Shown in pieces: positions 25,791 through 40,300 of a stretch of DNA of 64,000 nt. Position 1 is the stretch's first letter; every line of letters begins with the position of its first letter. Below the pieces are notes generated by a model. That model was not told where the DNA came from and did not search any database. It saw only the letters and a list, made by a program, of their open reading frames with translations. Position numbers and translations under genes: made by a program. This stretch comes from Octopus bimaculoides (lineage: Eukaryota): NCBI RefSeq assembly GCF_001194135.2, contig NC_068995.1, forward strand, positions 22,040,241 through 22,104,240, written 5' to 3'.

Positions 25791-27239
25791 CCAGATATAT
25801 ATATATATATATACACACAAAAGTAAGGACATATTTTTTGTAGTCATCACAACTGTTCAACGAACAATTATGTGATAATTTAGCAGCTTTAATAAAAGTG
25901 TCTGTGTGTGAGTGTGTATGTGTATGTGTGCGTCTGTGTGCTTGTGTGCATGCATGCATGTATATGTCTTCATTAATATGCCTTCTATAAATGTCGATTT
26001 CTCACTGTCCCCATGAAATGCATGATGTGGTCTTTTTCAAGACATACACTTATACAAGCATATGAGCACTCACACGCACATACACGAAACGCACGCAAAC
26101 ACACATACTATTTATGAGCTTCCAAATTATGCCACCTTATGAACGAACATTTTTTACCAACAACAAATTCATGCAGTAGATAGTGTGGCGATATTTTTAT
26201 GTTTCCGTTATCAGACAGACGTTTAAATTTATATTGTTCCTTTCATGAACTACGGTTCTTATATTTCATAATTATAAACGATACATGTATTTTAAACTTT
26301 CTAAATCAACATTCTCCGGATCAGCTATACCACGATAAAGAAGCGTGGAGTAACATTTATATCCAAATAAAGCAATGCACCAAACTGTAATTGCCATTTG
26401 CCAACCACACGTGGGTGTAATGGAAATTTGCTCGTAAAATCAATTACCTTTTCATCCAGTCAAATTTGACCTAAATAAGAATAGCATAGATTATTTTTGC
26501 AGTAACCGTAAATCAATTTAATCATAGATATCACCGGCATGATTATAGCATCAGACATGGGCAGATAAGTTTTGAAATTAGCATTGCGAACCATTTACAT
26601 ATTCAAATAGTTATAATATAATCTGCCATATTAACTGTAGTCTTTAAGCTAAGCCAAATCTCTAAATGAAAACTACGTAAAAATAATATTCATTCAGAAA
26701 CACTGAATAAACAAACCAAGATAATTTCATTCTTTTCATATTTGTGCTGACATATTTTAAGATGATAACTAAGCATGTCCTAAAATGAAATTTGAAATAA
26801 TTCGGCAAAAAATGCGAAATAGCAAAGAGAGGATTTACAAACGCCAGTATAAATTTTATAATCATCTTTACTTCGTTTAAATTATGTGATGATTGTAGAC
26901 ATATATAGTTAATATGTTTCTATAATAAAATACCCAAAGAGACCCAATGAAATGAAATGAAACCCACTCATTAAACAATGCCAACTTGAATTCAGAAATT
27001 AGAATATTAAGTACATAATGTAAATTCGTAATTTGTATGAAAAACTCTGTGACATTTGATTTCACAGAATAATATGCTGCCATTAATACACATAAAATAC
27101 GTCATAGTCAGCAAACCATCATTGATTTATCTCTCAGTTTATGATTTACACGTAGTAACAGTCTATCTATCTCTATTTATTTATATAGCTATCTCTCTAT
27201 ACATGCACACACACTCACACTCAAACACACACCACTCTC

Positions 27240-27270
<31 letters not shown>

Positions 27271-27849
27271 CTCTCTTTCTCTCTCTCTCTCTCACTCTCT
27301 CATACGCGCGCGCGCACCTATGCATCTCTTAATACATTCCTGCAAGTCAAATATTTAAAACGTGTGTTATCAACATTCAACATACAAAAATAAACAGGTC
27401 CCGCAAACATTTGCATTTCATCACTCAATACAAAGTGTACTTCAGCTTAGTTAAATTTATGAAATGCTGAAGTGACTTGTATTGAGTTTCAATATTTTAT
27501 TTAAAGTTTAAAGTTTATAGATGAAACCGGTATGAAAAATCTAGATAGTGTAAAAAAGGTACTTCGTCATAGACATAGGTTAGTGCACCCCCATTGAGAT
27601 TTTTAAATATTTGACAAATTAGCTGTGGCACTTACGCTACATATAATAAATATACGAATTATAGCAGCTTGTTAAGAATCGACGAAGTGTTTCCCTTTAC
27701 GCATCGTTCTATTCATTCAAAACCCTTGTACAAATATAGGTAAGAGCATAAATGTATACATATTTGCATACACATATATGTAATGTACAAATCTATAACT
27801 ATCTATCTATCTACCAATTTCTTTATATACATAAAGATACAAAAACATA

Positions 27850-27889
<40 letters not shown>

Positions 27890-27950
27890 NNNNNNNNNNN
27901 NNNNNNNNNNNNNNNNNNNNNNNNNNNNNNNNNNAGAGAGAGAGAGAGAG

Positions 27951-28003
<53 letters not shown>

Positions 28004-28397
28004 CGTGCATACACTCAAGAAAATACATATAACTATGTAAATGTATTACTGCTTAGGGGTATTTGTGTCTATATGTATTTATGTTCATCGATTAAGTATT
28101 TTAAATAGACGTCAATATTCAATGAGATTTCCTTGAAATATTCATTACTCTTAAATTTCATGTTATACTCATGCACATATATGCGCAATAATTCACAAGG
28201 ACATATAGTTCGTGTACGTTTTCACATATGTGGCTGTTTGTGTGTATAGATGCAAATATGTGACTTCAAGCATTTGTATAACATGTTTATAATATGGCAG
28301 ATCTGGTTTCCCAGCTCAATTAAAATGTTTCCAATTACAAATATATGTATATGTGTATGAATATGTATGTATATGTATGTGCGTGTANNNNNNNNNN

Positions 28398-28433
<36 letters not shown>

Positions 28434-28648
28434 AATATATGTATGTATAATAAACATTAGTACGTGTGTGTCTATGCATCCAATTTGCTGACGCATATTT
28501 TTGAATATATATATAGCTGCTTATACGTTTGCGTGTATACGTACGTGATGAATGCATGCATACATACAGGTGCATAAATAAATTATACAACAGTAAACAT
28601 GCGTGCTTCTGTGCTCGCGTGTGTAGTTGCATGCATTTGTGTATGGCC

Positions 28649-28679
<31 letters not shown>

Positions 28680-29357
28680 CGAGAGAGAAAGAGAGCGACG
28701 GTGTTGGGAAAGATAGAATTTGAGAGTGAGAGGGAGTCATTAAAGAAGTAAGTGAATGTGAAGAGAGGTGCGAACGCCTGAGAAAAACTTGAAGAAGGAA
28801 AGGCAAAAATTGTATCCTGTAATGCATGTGCAGCATGATTGATTAGACGTGATGTAATTGCAAGCAATTCTCTCGAATATATTTCCAGTGCAAGTGTCCT
28901 ATTTTATATTTAGTGTATGACGATTGTCAGACGACAAGCCCAGAAGTAATTCACATGAAGATTCGCTAGAGAAATAGGTTACCCTATCTTGTAATGTACT
29001 GCAGGAAAAATCGATGGAATTTTTATTTTGAAAATGGACTGCAATTCTACTTTAATAAATGCAAATCAAATTTGTGGAAAGGAAATTATTAAATATATGT
29101 AGTTTAATAGTACGGCACGTGTTTCTAAAATGAAGAGGGAATTGCTAATAAAAATGATTAATAAAGATTACATGTAAATGGTTATCCTATTCAAACCATG
29201 TGGCGATGTTTTTTTTTATATATATTTCATCGCTGTATTTTAAAATAAATACATATTTCCCATTAGCTCTATCTACGCTACCACCATTCTATCCATTCTA
29301 TCTATTCTACTCTCCTATTTTTTCCGTATATGCGTGTACGTAAGCATATATACATAC

Positions 29358-29428
<71 letters not shown>

Positions 29429-29473
29429 TATGCATACACACACACACGCAAACACACACGCAAACACACACTC

Positions 29474-29504
<31 letters not shown>

Positions 29505-29779
29505 TATGTATATGGGTGTACATACACTCGCACACATGCACACATACGTGTATTTTTATATATTAAGTTTGAGACAATACTCCGTGCATTTCAGTTTTAA
29601 TCTTTCTTATTCATACCAGTCAAAATGCTAAGTTACTTAATGATTTGTATAGTGCCAAGTCATTTTGAAAAATTCTAAGCAAGTTAAAATTATGCTTCAT
29701 GCTTTACTCCCAGGTCAAAGATTTACATGCCAGTAAATGCGTTAATTATCGTATTAATAAGCATCACTTGCACTACCAC

Positions 29780-29914
29780 AAACAAAGAGCACCACCACCA
29801 TAGCCGCCACCGTCACCACCACTGCCACCACCATCACTACCACCATGAGCACCATCACAGCCACCACCACCACCACAATACCACCACTACTACTACTGCT
29901 GCTGCTGCTGCCAA

Positions 29915-29969
<55 letters not shown>

Positions 29970-30155
29970 GCAGCTGCTGTTGGTGTTGTTGCTAGTAATA
30001 CTACTATTGCAGCAGGTATTACCGCGACTACTATTACCACAGCTGTTGTGTTGCAGCTGCTATTACTAATATTATTGTTGTTGCGGCTGCTGCTACTACT
30101 ACTGCAGCTGCTATACTACTACTACTATTACTACTACTACTACTACTACTACTAC

Positions 30156-30194
<39 letters not shown>

Positions 30195-30481
30195 GAAGAA
30201 GAAGAAGAAGAAGACGAAGAAAAAGAAGGAGAAGAAGAAGAAGAAGAAGAAGAAGAAGAACAATTAGAAGAAGAACAAGAACAAGAACAAGAACAAGAAC
30301 AAGAACAAGAACAAGAACAAGAACAAGAACAAGAAGAATGATAACAATAATAATAATGATATTAATAATGATAACAATAATAATAATGATAAAAATAATA
30401 ATAATAATAATAATGACAATGATAATAATGATGATGATAATGGTGATGATGATGATAATAATAATAAGAATAGTCATGATG

Positions 30482-30527
<46 letters not shown>

Positions 30528-30530
30528 TAA
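29780..30530. repeat. Long compound microsatellite (CAC/TAC/GCT/TAA/GAA/AGAACA/ATG)
   Basis: Read directly; it explains the low-complexity ORFs at 29727-30658. Confidence 0.95.
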
Positions 30531-31456
30531 TAGCCACAAAACACGAGCAAAACAAAAAAAACTGTCTTCAGTATTTAAGGAAGCTGACAAATACAAACAA
30601 GAAATCAATCTACCTAACAAATACGAAGAAGAAGAAGAAGAAACAACAAAAGCTATAAAACAAATGAAATCCAAACTAAAACTAGAACAGCAACGGACCA
30701 TGATAAAACGAAGGCAAGAAAAGCCCCTACATGGTAAATACTGGGCTAAACTAAATGCAAAAGAAATAGACAGAGAAAAAGCCCAGCAATGGTTGAGAAG
30801 TTCAGGACTCAAAGCAGAGACTGAAGGATTTTTAATTGCTGCACAAGACCAAAGCCTCCCCACCAGAAATTACCAAAAACACATAATGAAAAGAAATATA
30901 ACAANNNNNNNNNNNNNNNNNNNNNNNNNNNNNNNNNNNNNNNNNNNNNNNNNNNNNNNNNNNNNNNNNNNNNNNNNNNNNNNNNNNNNNNNNNNNNNNN
31001 NNNNNNNNNNNNNNNNNNNNNNNNNNNNNNNNNNNNNNNNNNNNNNNNNNNNNNNNNNNNNNNNNNNNNNNNNNNNNNNNNNNNNNNNNNNNNNNNNNNN
31101 NNNNNNNNNNNNNNNNNNNNNNNNNNNNNNNNNNNNNNNNNNNNNNNNNNNNNNNNNNNNNNNNNNNNNNNNNNNNNNNNNNNNNNNNNNNNNNNNNNNN
31201 NNNNNNNNNNNNNNNNNNNNNGTAGGTGCATTAGGTATAATAAAAAAATATTCAGACAAATACATAACAAAAACACCAGGACTTACAAATATATATAACA
31301 TACAGAAAATTGCACTACAGGGCACTGCACACATTCTACGCAAAACACTTTCAATACAGTAAACATAAGAGCACCACAGCAAACCACAGCACATACCCAA
31401 GGCGCACAGAGCTGCGCTCGGTAGTGAAGTGAAAACACGTTATAAAAATAAAACTA

Positions 31457-31459
<3 letters not shown>
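30528..31459 (+). mobile_element. R4/Dong-like REL retrotransposon, 5'-truncated (young family)
   Basis: ORF 30664..31362: KPLHGKY..LKAETEGFLIAAQDQSL..[gap]..VGALG..IALQGTAHILRKTLSIQ*. It has the same 3'UTR as the 351 and 911 copies, then (AAT)n at 31460-31521. Confidence 0.9.
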
Positions 31460-31522
<63 letters not shown>

Positions 31523-32657
31523 CCATAGCGACACAGCAAAATGCAGGTCATTGGATTAAAATAAGGAGGAAATTCACTGATACAGAAAGGCAAATCGTAA
31601 AGGTATTCTGCCTCTGATTACTGGTAAATTACAATTTCTGTTTATGTTGAAACTCCTGTCAGAGATGATTTAAATTGAGATAAACCAATATCCATTTAGA
31701 AAATAAGTAATTTCCCTGGGAAAGAAAAAAGTGTCGAAAACAGCAAAAGGCTAGATGTCCAATCGGTGAGCCCCCAAAAGACAATAATAGGTGTATACAT
31801 CTCATAGGTCTTCTACTTAAAATAGACGACCTAGTCCCACGAAAGTGAAGTAAACGATGTTTAAGACTAATGAAGGTTTTTGTCAGAATAAAGATAAGGA
31901 GATACACAAGCAGAAGAGGAAAAATTCAAGAAAAAGCTTCACTGCTTAGTTGTCAGCATTTCTCATTGATCTCTTATCTCTTTTTCGATTATATTCAGCA
32001 AAGTTCCGGAACGTTACTGAGTGAAATGTTGGGTAAAGTGAATTATGTTTTGCCAAACGTAAGAATCAATAGGTTTTCTTAGTGCAAGCTTTAAGAATAT
32101 TCTTCAATTGCTGGCAAAGATTACAGTGTTTCATTTTGCGAAACGAAATACCGTATCATCGAAATTGTCTTCAACCGCTAAAATTAGTGGGTATTTAAGT
32201 AATGTTTTCTTGGATACTTGACGGGTTAGAGGTGGTGCTAATGAATGAGTAATAATTCTTGAGATATGCTCATACATCCATTGCCCATTTTCTGTCTTCG
32301 ATCGCATTGCTTACAAAGACGTAATTGTTTGCGAAATATCGAAACTAAGAATGCTAGCTTTGAATTCTATATAAAATTTAGTGATAATTCAAAAATTATT
32401 CTTCATGGGATTGATATACAAAATTAAGAACTCCTCCGTGATGGAAAGTGTCTACCTAATTATAAGAATATAAAACCAAAGAATAAAGAAGAAACAATTA
32501 AGTTATCTTTTAATGACGGTAGAGTTTAATACCGGGGACAGTTTGCAAACTCCCAACAGCGGAAAAGTACACACAATGCTGCACACATCCCAACACCACG
32601 GAGGAGTAGCAGGTAATGCAGTAGAATTGTGCCTCGATTTAACTGATATTGAACAGT

Positions 32658-32703
<46 letters not shown>

Positions 32704-32901
32704 TGATAATAATTTCTTTTCTATTTCTTTCCTTCTTTCTTTTCTTTCTTTTTAAATACATATTTTACCTGTGAATTTTCTTGTGTAAACTGGGAATTCA
32801 TACAATGAGTTTCTCTGCCCTAGGTGTACGGAAAACACTCGGCGAGAAGTGGAACAAAAATTGAAGAAAGAAGAAGAAAAAAAAACAACATCAACAACAA
32901 C

Positions 32902-32960
<59 letters not shown>

Positions 32961-32964
<4 letters not shown>

Positions 32965-34235
32965 GAAAAATAATGACAGGATATAGGATGCACCACCCAA
33001 AATCTGACATAGAAAGGCTATATATACAACGCACAGAAGGTGGCAGGGGTCTTATACAGCTAGAAAACTATTATAAAATAACCACCATAGGACTGCAAAA
33101 ATACCTACTCCAGAAGCAAGGGAAACTAATACAAATAGCCACAAAACACGAGCAAAACAAAAAACTGTTTTCAGTATTTAAGGAAGCTGACAAATACAAA
33201 CAAGAAATCAATCTACCTAACAAATACGAANNNNNNNNNNNNNNNNNNNNNNNNNNNNNNNNNNNNNNNNNNNNNNNNNNNNNNNNNNNNNNNNNNNNNN
33301 NNNNNNNNNNNNNNNNNNNNNNNNNNNNNNNNNNNNNNNNNNNNNNNNNNNNNNNNNNNNNNNNNNNNNNNNNNNNNNNNNNNNNNNNNNNNNNNNNNNN
33401 NNNNNNNNNNNNNNNNNNNNNNNNNNNNNNNNNNNNNNNNNNNNNNNNNNNNNNNNNNNNNNNNNNNNNNNNNNNNNNNNNNNNNNNNNNNNNNNNNNNN
33501 NNNNNNNNNNNNNNNNNNNNNNNNNNNNNNNNNNNNNNNNNNNNNNNNNNNNNNNNNNNNNNNNNNNNNNNNNNNNNNNNNNNNNNNNNNNNNNNNNNNN
33601 NNNNNNNNNNNNNNNNNNNNNNNNNNNNNNNNNNNNNNNNNNNNNNNNNNNNNNNNNNNNNNNNNNNNNNNNNNNNNNNNNNNNNNNNNNNNNNNNNNNN
33701 NNNNNNNNNNNNNNNNNNNNNNNNNNNNNNNNNNNNNNNNNNNNNNNNNNNNNNNNNNNNNNNNNNNNNNNNNNNNACACACGCCAGAAAAGGTCACAGA
33801 AAACGAGAAAGCAACCATACTCTGGGATATGCCAATACACACAGATAGAGAAATTAAGGCAAATAGACCAGATATAGTTGTCAAAGATCATGAAGACAAA
33901 AAATGCTTTCTAATTGATGTATCAATGCCAGCAAAAGACCTGGAAATAGAGATAACTCGAATGTGGAATCTAAAAACAGAAACAATTCCTATCATAGTAG
34001 GTGCCTTAGGTATATTAAAAAAATATTCAGACAAATACATAACAAAAATACCAGGACCTACAAATATATATATATATACAGAAAATTGCACTACTGGGTA
34101 CTGCACACATTCTACGCAAAACACTTTCAATACAGTAAACATAAGAGCACCACAGCAAACCACAGCACATACCCAAGGCGCACAGAGCTGCGCTCGGTAG
34201 TGAAGTGAAAGCACGTTATAAAAATAAAACTACTG
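32961..34235 (+). mobile_element. R4/Dong-like REL retrotransposon, 5'-truncated (young family)
   Basis: MHHPKSDIERLYIQRTEGGRGLIQL..[gap]..ILWDMPIHTDREIKANRPDIVVKDHEDKKCFLIDVSMPA..IVGALG. It starts in the (AAT)n array at 32902-32960. Confidence 0.9.
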
Positions 34236-34250
34236 AACAATAATAATAAT

Positions 34251-34690
34251 AGCACTGACTCCCATGGCTTCTGATCTTAACGGATTGGAAGTGTTATCAT
34301 GTATAAATTTTTTGTCTTGGTATAAAAGACGGGCTAGAGCAAATATTCTGCTCAATACCAAATATTTGCGTAATAGGGGGAGGATCACAGCTATGCGTTG
34401 AAAAGAATTGTTTGGAGTTTGAATAATTCATTTCTGGAAACATGGGTGTTTTGTTCAACATCCTTCAACAGGCCTTATTCAAACACCATTTGAACGAGAT
34501 GGGCTACTCAACCTGAATGAAATTCTAACTGGGCCCCACCTGCAAGGTCATGTGCTGTTTATCTTGATATGAGACCACCATGTCACGCACATATGGTTGT
34601 GATGCATGTCACGATATGTGTACTGGGTTTCGTATATTTTTCCCCCAGTGTCACTTAGATGGCATGAACTGCCCTCTCACTCAACAATGA
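34251..34690 (+). repeat. Interspersed repeat 3' portion ending in a (GAT)n tail, family not assigned
   Basis: Non-coding and GC-richer than its flanks. It ends CTCTCACTCAACAATGATGATGAGGATG.., resembling a retroposon 3' end. Confidence 0.35.
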
Positions 34691-34959
34691 TGATGAGGAT
34701 GATGATGATGAGGATGATGATGATGAGGATGATGATTTCATTTATTTACAACAAGGGAGAATGATGAGGGGGACAAACAAAGGCAGACATAATGTGTTGG
34801 TGTTTACATATAATGTAATGATTAAAAAAAATGAAACAACGGAAGAAACTAAGTATACGTGGTATACACTGGAAAAGAAGGGACATATGCATAGCATACA
34901 AAAGAAAGAAAATGTGGCGGTGAGAATGATAGAGACGTGGCCCACCTCATACAAGAAGG

Positions 34960-36865
34960 CCGTAAGAAAGTGAGACTGGATGATCTCAAAGAGCAGAAAT
35001 GGGAAGTAATAGGAATAGAAGAGCTGAGATGTGTTATTAGGAAGTTTCAGAAATGGAGAACACCAGGTTTGGAACGAATTCCTAACTTCTGGCTGAATTG
35101 TCTAACAGAAGTACACCAAAATTTCCATGTATCTCTAACTGATGTCATCCAGAAATCAGAGCAAATAACTGCCTGAATGACTGAAAGAACAGCATATCTT
35201 CTACCAAAAAATGAAGGCAAAAAATCCAAACAACTACCGACTAAAAGCATGTCTCGACACCACCTTCAAGATTCTTGCATCCATATTAATTAATACAATA
35301 TACGCTTTTTCTTTGAACAGAAGTCTATCCTTGCACGAGCTCAAAAAGGCTGTAAAAGGAATTCTTGTGGATTTAAAGATCAATTGCTCATAAGTAAAAT
35401 TATTGTAGAAGTGCCCCGGAGTTTAAAGAACAACCTGGGTATGGCATGGATAGACTAAAAGAAAGCATTTGATAGTTTCCCACATAATTGACTATTCAAG
35501 GCGCTTGGAATATATAAGATCACTCTTGTCGATTCTAAATCCTTAAAAGGTAGCATCGGCAAGTGGAACATACGTCTCTTTCTAAACTATCGTAACGGGA
35601 TGAGCTAATCTAACAACATCGACATTAGTCTTTTGCATAGTACTGATCCCACTCTCAAACGAACTAGATACCACCAGGTATGGTTTCAAAGTTTATAATA
35701 TGACAATAAACCATCTGTTTTATATAGACGATCTGAAGTTGTTTACTAGAAACGACGAAGAGCTAGTAGGGCTGCTAACAACTGTTAAAGAATACAGCAA
35801 CGATATCGGGATGGATTTTGGCCTTGATAAGTGTGCTAAAGTTCACTTATCAAGCTCAAGCAAACAGTTTCCGTTAACCAAGATACCGACACTCCATGAA
35901 CGAGCTTGATCCACACGAAAACTTCAAATACCTGGGGATAAAAGAAGATGGTATACGACATGTTACGATGAAGAAAAAAAAATGTGCATTGCAGAAGAGT
36001 AAGACTGACCTAAAACCTGAACTCGGTTTCAGAAATCGCATTGTAGCTATTAAAATCCTAGCACTTCCAGTAATCCTCTATACTTTTAACATTAACTGGA
36101 ATCTTAGAGCGCTGAAACGCCTGGGCAAGAATACAAGAAAACTATTAACATCTAAGAAAATGCGCCACCCAAAAGCAGACGTTGATCGTCTGTATCTACC
36201 AAGATATAATGGTGGAAGAGGAATGATGCAGGTAGAACTGTGCTATGAGACCTCCACAATAGAAACGAACAAGTACTTATCAAGTACAGAGGACTGGAAG
36301 CCGCGGATTGTGTGCAAACACGAAAGCAGCAAAAAGTTACATTCTATTGTCATGGAATCTTGCTAATTCGCAAGGGAACTTGGCATTAACCCTAAAATGT
36401 TTAAAGAAACTGAGACCACTGACACAAAACAAGCAAAACAGATGAAGCAGACTGCAGAAAGAACGTACAGGAACAATTTGAGGCGCGGTGGAGCTAAAAG
36501 CCCCTGCATGAACAGTATATACTTCGAAGTCGAAATGCTGATGTGGGTCAAGTAACAACCCATCAGTGGCTGAAGAGTTCAAGACTGAAAGCAGAGAGAC
36601 TGAAGGTTTTATTTTAGGCGGCACAAGATCAAAGCTTGCTTACAAAAACTGCCAGGCTAACGTTCTTCAAAACGTTTCTGACAGTAAATGTAGATTCTGT
36701 GACATATTTGATGAGACAATAGAGCACCTCGTCTCGGGATGTCCTATTCTGACACCAAATGAATACAAATATAGCCACATGTAAACATTACAAACTCAGC
36801 ATTCTTGCGTACTGGTATGAACATCAACCCGAGTCAGTAGTTGAAGGTAAAAATGTCACTACCCT
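34960..36865 (+). mobile_element. Old R4/Dong-like retrotransposon: RT, CCHC knuckle, truncated before REL
   Basis: KWRTPGLERIPNFWL; NYRLKACL; HLFYIDDLKLF; FKYLGI; HPKADVDRLYLPRYNGGRG; CRFCDIFDETIEHLVSGC. Many stops. Confidence 0.85.
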
Positions 36866-37310
36866 CTGCAGAAGAAGCTAGAATGTTCTGCAGTAATATT
36901 TGGGATAAGCCACTCAATTATGATGGAGATACAGATATGGTTAAAGAAAGTGAGGGAAGAAATAGTGAGTGAGAAGCATCCAGATCTAAGACTAACTAGT
37001 ACATTGATGAGGGAAATATTAGGGAAAATGCAGAATTGGATGGACCCAGGTCCTGAATTACAAGAACATAGCAAACTACTATGACCGAGCCATTGAATTA
37101 CAGATACTATGGAAAGTCCGGGTAAAATGTATCCCAGTAGTTATAGGTGCATTGGGAACTATCACTAACGTTCCGGACAGATGGATAGAGGAAATATGCA
37201 TAAAACCCAGTTTGGTACAACTTCAGAAAACATTGTTATTAGGGAAAGCTAGGATACTTAGGATGGTTCTAGGCATCTAAGGTTACTTGTTGTAGCCCGT
37301 TGTTTGGATT
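36866..37310 (+). mobile_element. Internally deleted REL retrotransposon of another subfamily
   Basis: The pre-RT piece (EEARMFCSNIWDKP..KMQNWMDPGP) is joined directly to the REL tail (ELQILWKVRVKCIPVVIGALG..LQKTLLLGKARILRMVLGI*) and 3'UTR. Confidence 0.7.
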
Positions 37311-37379
37311 TTTTTCTTTTCTAACAGTCTAATCTGTTGTGCGTGTATGAACATAATCACCTAAAAATCGAATCATGAT

Positions 37380-40300
37380 TGAATGATTGAAAATTAAAGA
37401 AACAAGTATGAATGAACGTGACACTCTCCCGAAAATTCGCACCTCTAACCGAAGTCTGAAAGTAATTGATAAAATCGGCCTTGCACTTAAGGATATAATT
37501 TCAGCTAATGATGTTGATATTACAGATCTCAGCCAAATATACTATGCATCCGCGAAGATCTCAACGATTCTAAGCGGTGAAAAGATTAGAAAATGATAAC
37601 ATTCCCACAAAATGCCTACTTAGCAAGAGCGTATTCAACATCAAATTCAGCTACTTAGGTCTGACATTGAATGCTTAAAATACTAAGTTTGATAAGGTTA
37701 TCAAACAAACACACAAACATCCGAAAATTACAGAAAAAATATATGAAAACCATATTTGACATTGCTATCACCATAGAAAGTATCAAGCAAAAGGTTTGTG
37801 CTAAAGCTGCCCGCATAGCACGGTATGAAAAGCGCGTTACATTCGTCAAGGACAATCCCAAAAATTTGTACAGGAAGATGAAGAAAATACCAGTTACGGT
37901 AAAGATTGTCCCATGAAAAGAAGTGCAGGAATTTTGGAATAAAATTTGGGCAGAAGAAAAAACACGATAAAAAATCCCTGGATTGATAGAATATGTATAG
38001 ACTTAGACTTTTTAGAAGAGCAAAGGTGGGACAGTATCAAGGTAGAGGATGGAAGATCTCTCAGGAAGTCAAAGAAATGAAAGTCACCAGGAAAGAATAA
38101 AATACTTAACTTCTGGTTCAATGCCTTCCCATAGAGTCATGAACTGCTAACAAAACTTTACAATAATACTTTGCAACAACCTAGTATGATTCCCACGTGA
38201 CTAGTTAATTGTGTTACATTCCTATATCTCAACACGAAGAGACAAATAAGCCAAAATATTATAGACCAATTGCCTGCTTAACAACAATGTATAAAATACT
38301 AACAGCTGACTTGACTGAATATACCTATAGTTTCTTTTAATAAAAAGTGGCATATTTCCTAATGAGCAAAAAGGATGTAAACGTGGATCCTATGTTGTAA
38401 AGATCTGCTGGAAGATTGTCGCAAACAACACAAAATCTTGCCGATAGACTGCATAGACTATAGAAAATAGTCTACCACATAGCTGGATTAAGAAATATCT
38501 TATAAAATAGCGCTGCACTGCGAAACGTCTTGTCTGTAAGTATGAGATCATTGAGAACCACACAGACTTTGAACAGTGACAATGAGTCTCTCAATTCTGG
38601 AGATGTAAGAATTTCATGTGGCATTTTCCAGGGTGACTCTCTATCACCACTCTCTTTTGTATAGCCTTAATGCTTCTCTCGAAATTGCTCGATGTTGTAC
38701 AATTCGTCTCTAAAATGTTTGAGTAAAATATAAATCATCTCATTCACATGGATGATTTAAAACACTTTGCAAAAATAACCAACGACTACAGGGCTTACTA
38801 CCATTTGTTAAACAATTCAGTGATGCAATTTGGCCTCGGTAAATGTGAAAAAGGTACCTTTATAAGAAAATAAAATGACAGAAACCTCCAACCTTAATCT
38901 TGAACAACAGACTGTCATAAAGGAGTTAGAACCAGCGGAGAGCTACAAATATCTAGAGGTATTTGAAGGTGATGGAATCAAACATTCAGTGAAGAGGGAA
39001 AGGATCAAAACAGAATGTTATCCGAGGATAAGGGCAATACTCAAGACAGAGATGAATGCAATAAGCAGGATCGAAGGGATCAATACTTTAGCCATACCAG
39101 TCGTCACTTACAGTTTAAATATTATTGACTGGTCAAGTACTGAAATATGTAATCTTGACAGAAAAATACGAAAATTGTTAACAGTGCATTGAATGCACCA
39201 CCCTAGGGCAGATGTAGAACGACTTTATCTGCCAAGAAAAGAGGGTGACCGTGGAGTATTACAACTGGAATTAAGAATGAAGATTGCCACAAATGGCCTA
39301 AACAACTACTTGAAAATAATCTTTGATGACTGGATGTTAAAACTTGTCTCAACGCATGAAAGCAAGAAGGCATCATGCCCAGTAACAAGATAGACAAAGG
39401 AATATCGAAGTGAATTCCAAATACAAGAAATTCCAGAATTAGACGTACTGGAAACAAACACAGAAAAAGATAAGCGGATGAAAATCCGTGCTAAAACTGC
39501 TGCCTTAGATATTGTTACTGATTAATGGTAAGAAATACCTCTCAATGGCAAATACCTAGAGAGAACTTGACAAAGCCCTTATTCATCAATGGTTAATGAC
39601 TTCTTTTTTTAAATCAGAAACCGAAGGGTTTATCATATCAGCCCAATATCAATTCCTACCGACAAGGAACTGCCAGGCCAACATATTAAAGAACGGCAGT
39701 AAGTAGCCCAACATGTTGTGTATGTCAACAACAAAATGAAACCAATGATCATGTCTCCATGTGCAGTCTTCTTGCGCCTACAGAGTATCTCCACAGGTAT
39801 GATAGAGTAGCACAATATATTCACTGGGTAATTTGCCAAAATCTGGACCTGCCCCATGATAAAAACTGGTGGGAACACAAACCAACTTCAGTGCTTCAAA
39901 ATGATCACATCACACTCCTCTGGAACTTCACCATTCAAACTGACAGGAAGATACATGCGAATAGGCCACACATTACATTAAAAGACTCTAGACAAAAATC
40001 ATGCCTCCTCATTGATATGACTGTCGCAATCGACATGAATGTATTTGTCATGACCTACCAAAAACTGAGGAAGTGTAAACATCTTGAAATAAAAACCTAG
40101 AAATTGGCAAAATATGGAACCTGAAGACTAAAACAATACCTGTTGTCATTGCTACCTAGCTCAGATGCCAGGAAACACCAAAATAGCAGAAATTGAAAAG
40201 ATAGTGCTCATGGGAACTGCCCATATCCTACGTAAAATTCTGTCTATGTAATCTAAAATTTTATAACAAACTCATAATTTCTTATGCTTTCTGAAACAAT

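Noticed and set aside
26448-26470. 23-nt micro-exon (VKFDWMK) and a nearby frame WCIALFGYKCYS..
   Set aside because: The phases are incompatible, the intron would be only 63 nt, and such signals arise by chance in AT-rich DNA.
29727-30658. Poly-His/Thr/Ile/Leu ORFs suggesting a low-complexity protein
   Set aside because: They are explained entirely by the compound trinucleotide array.
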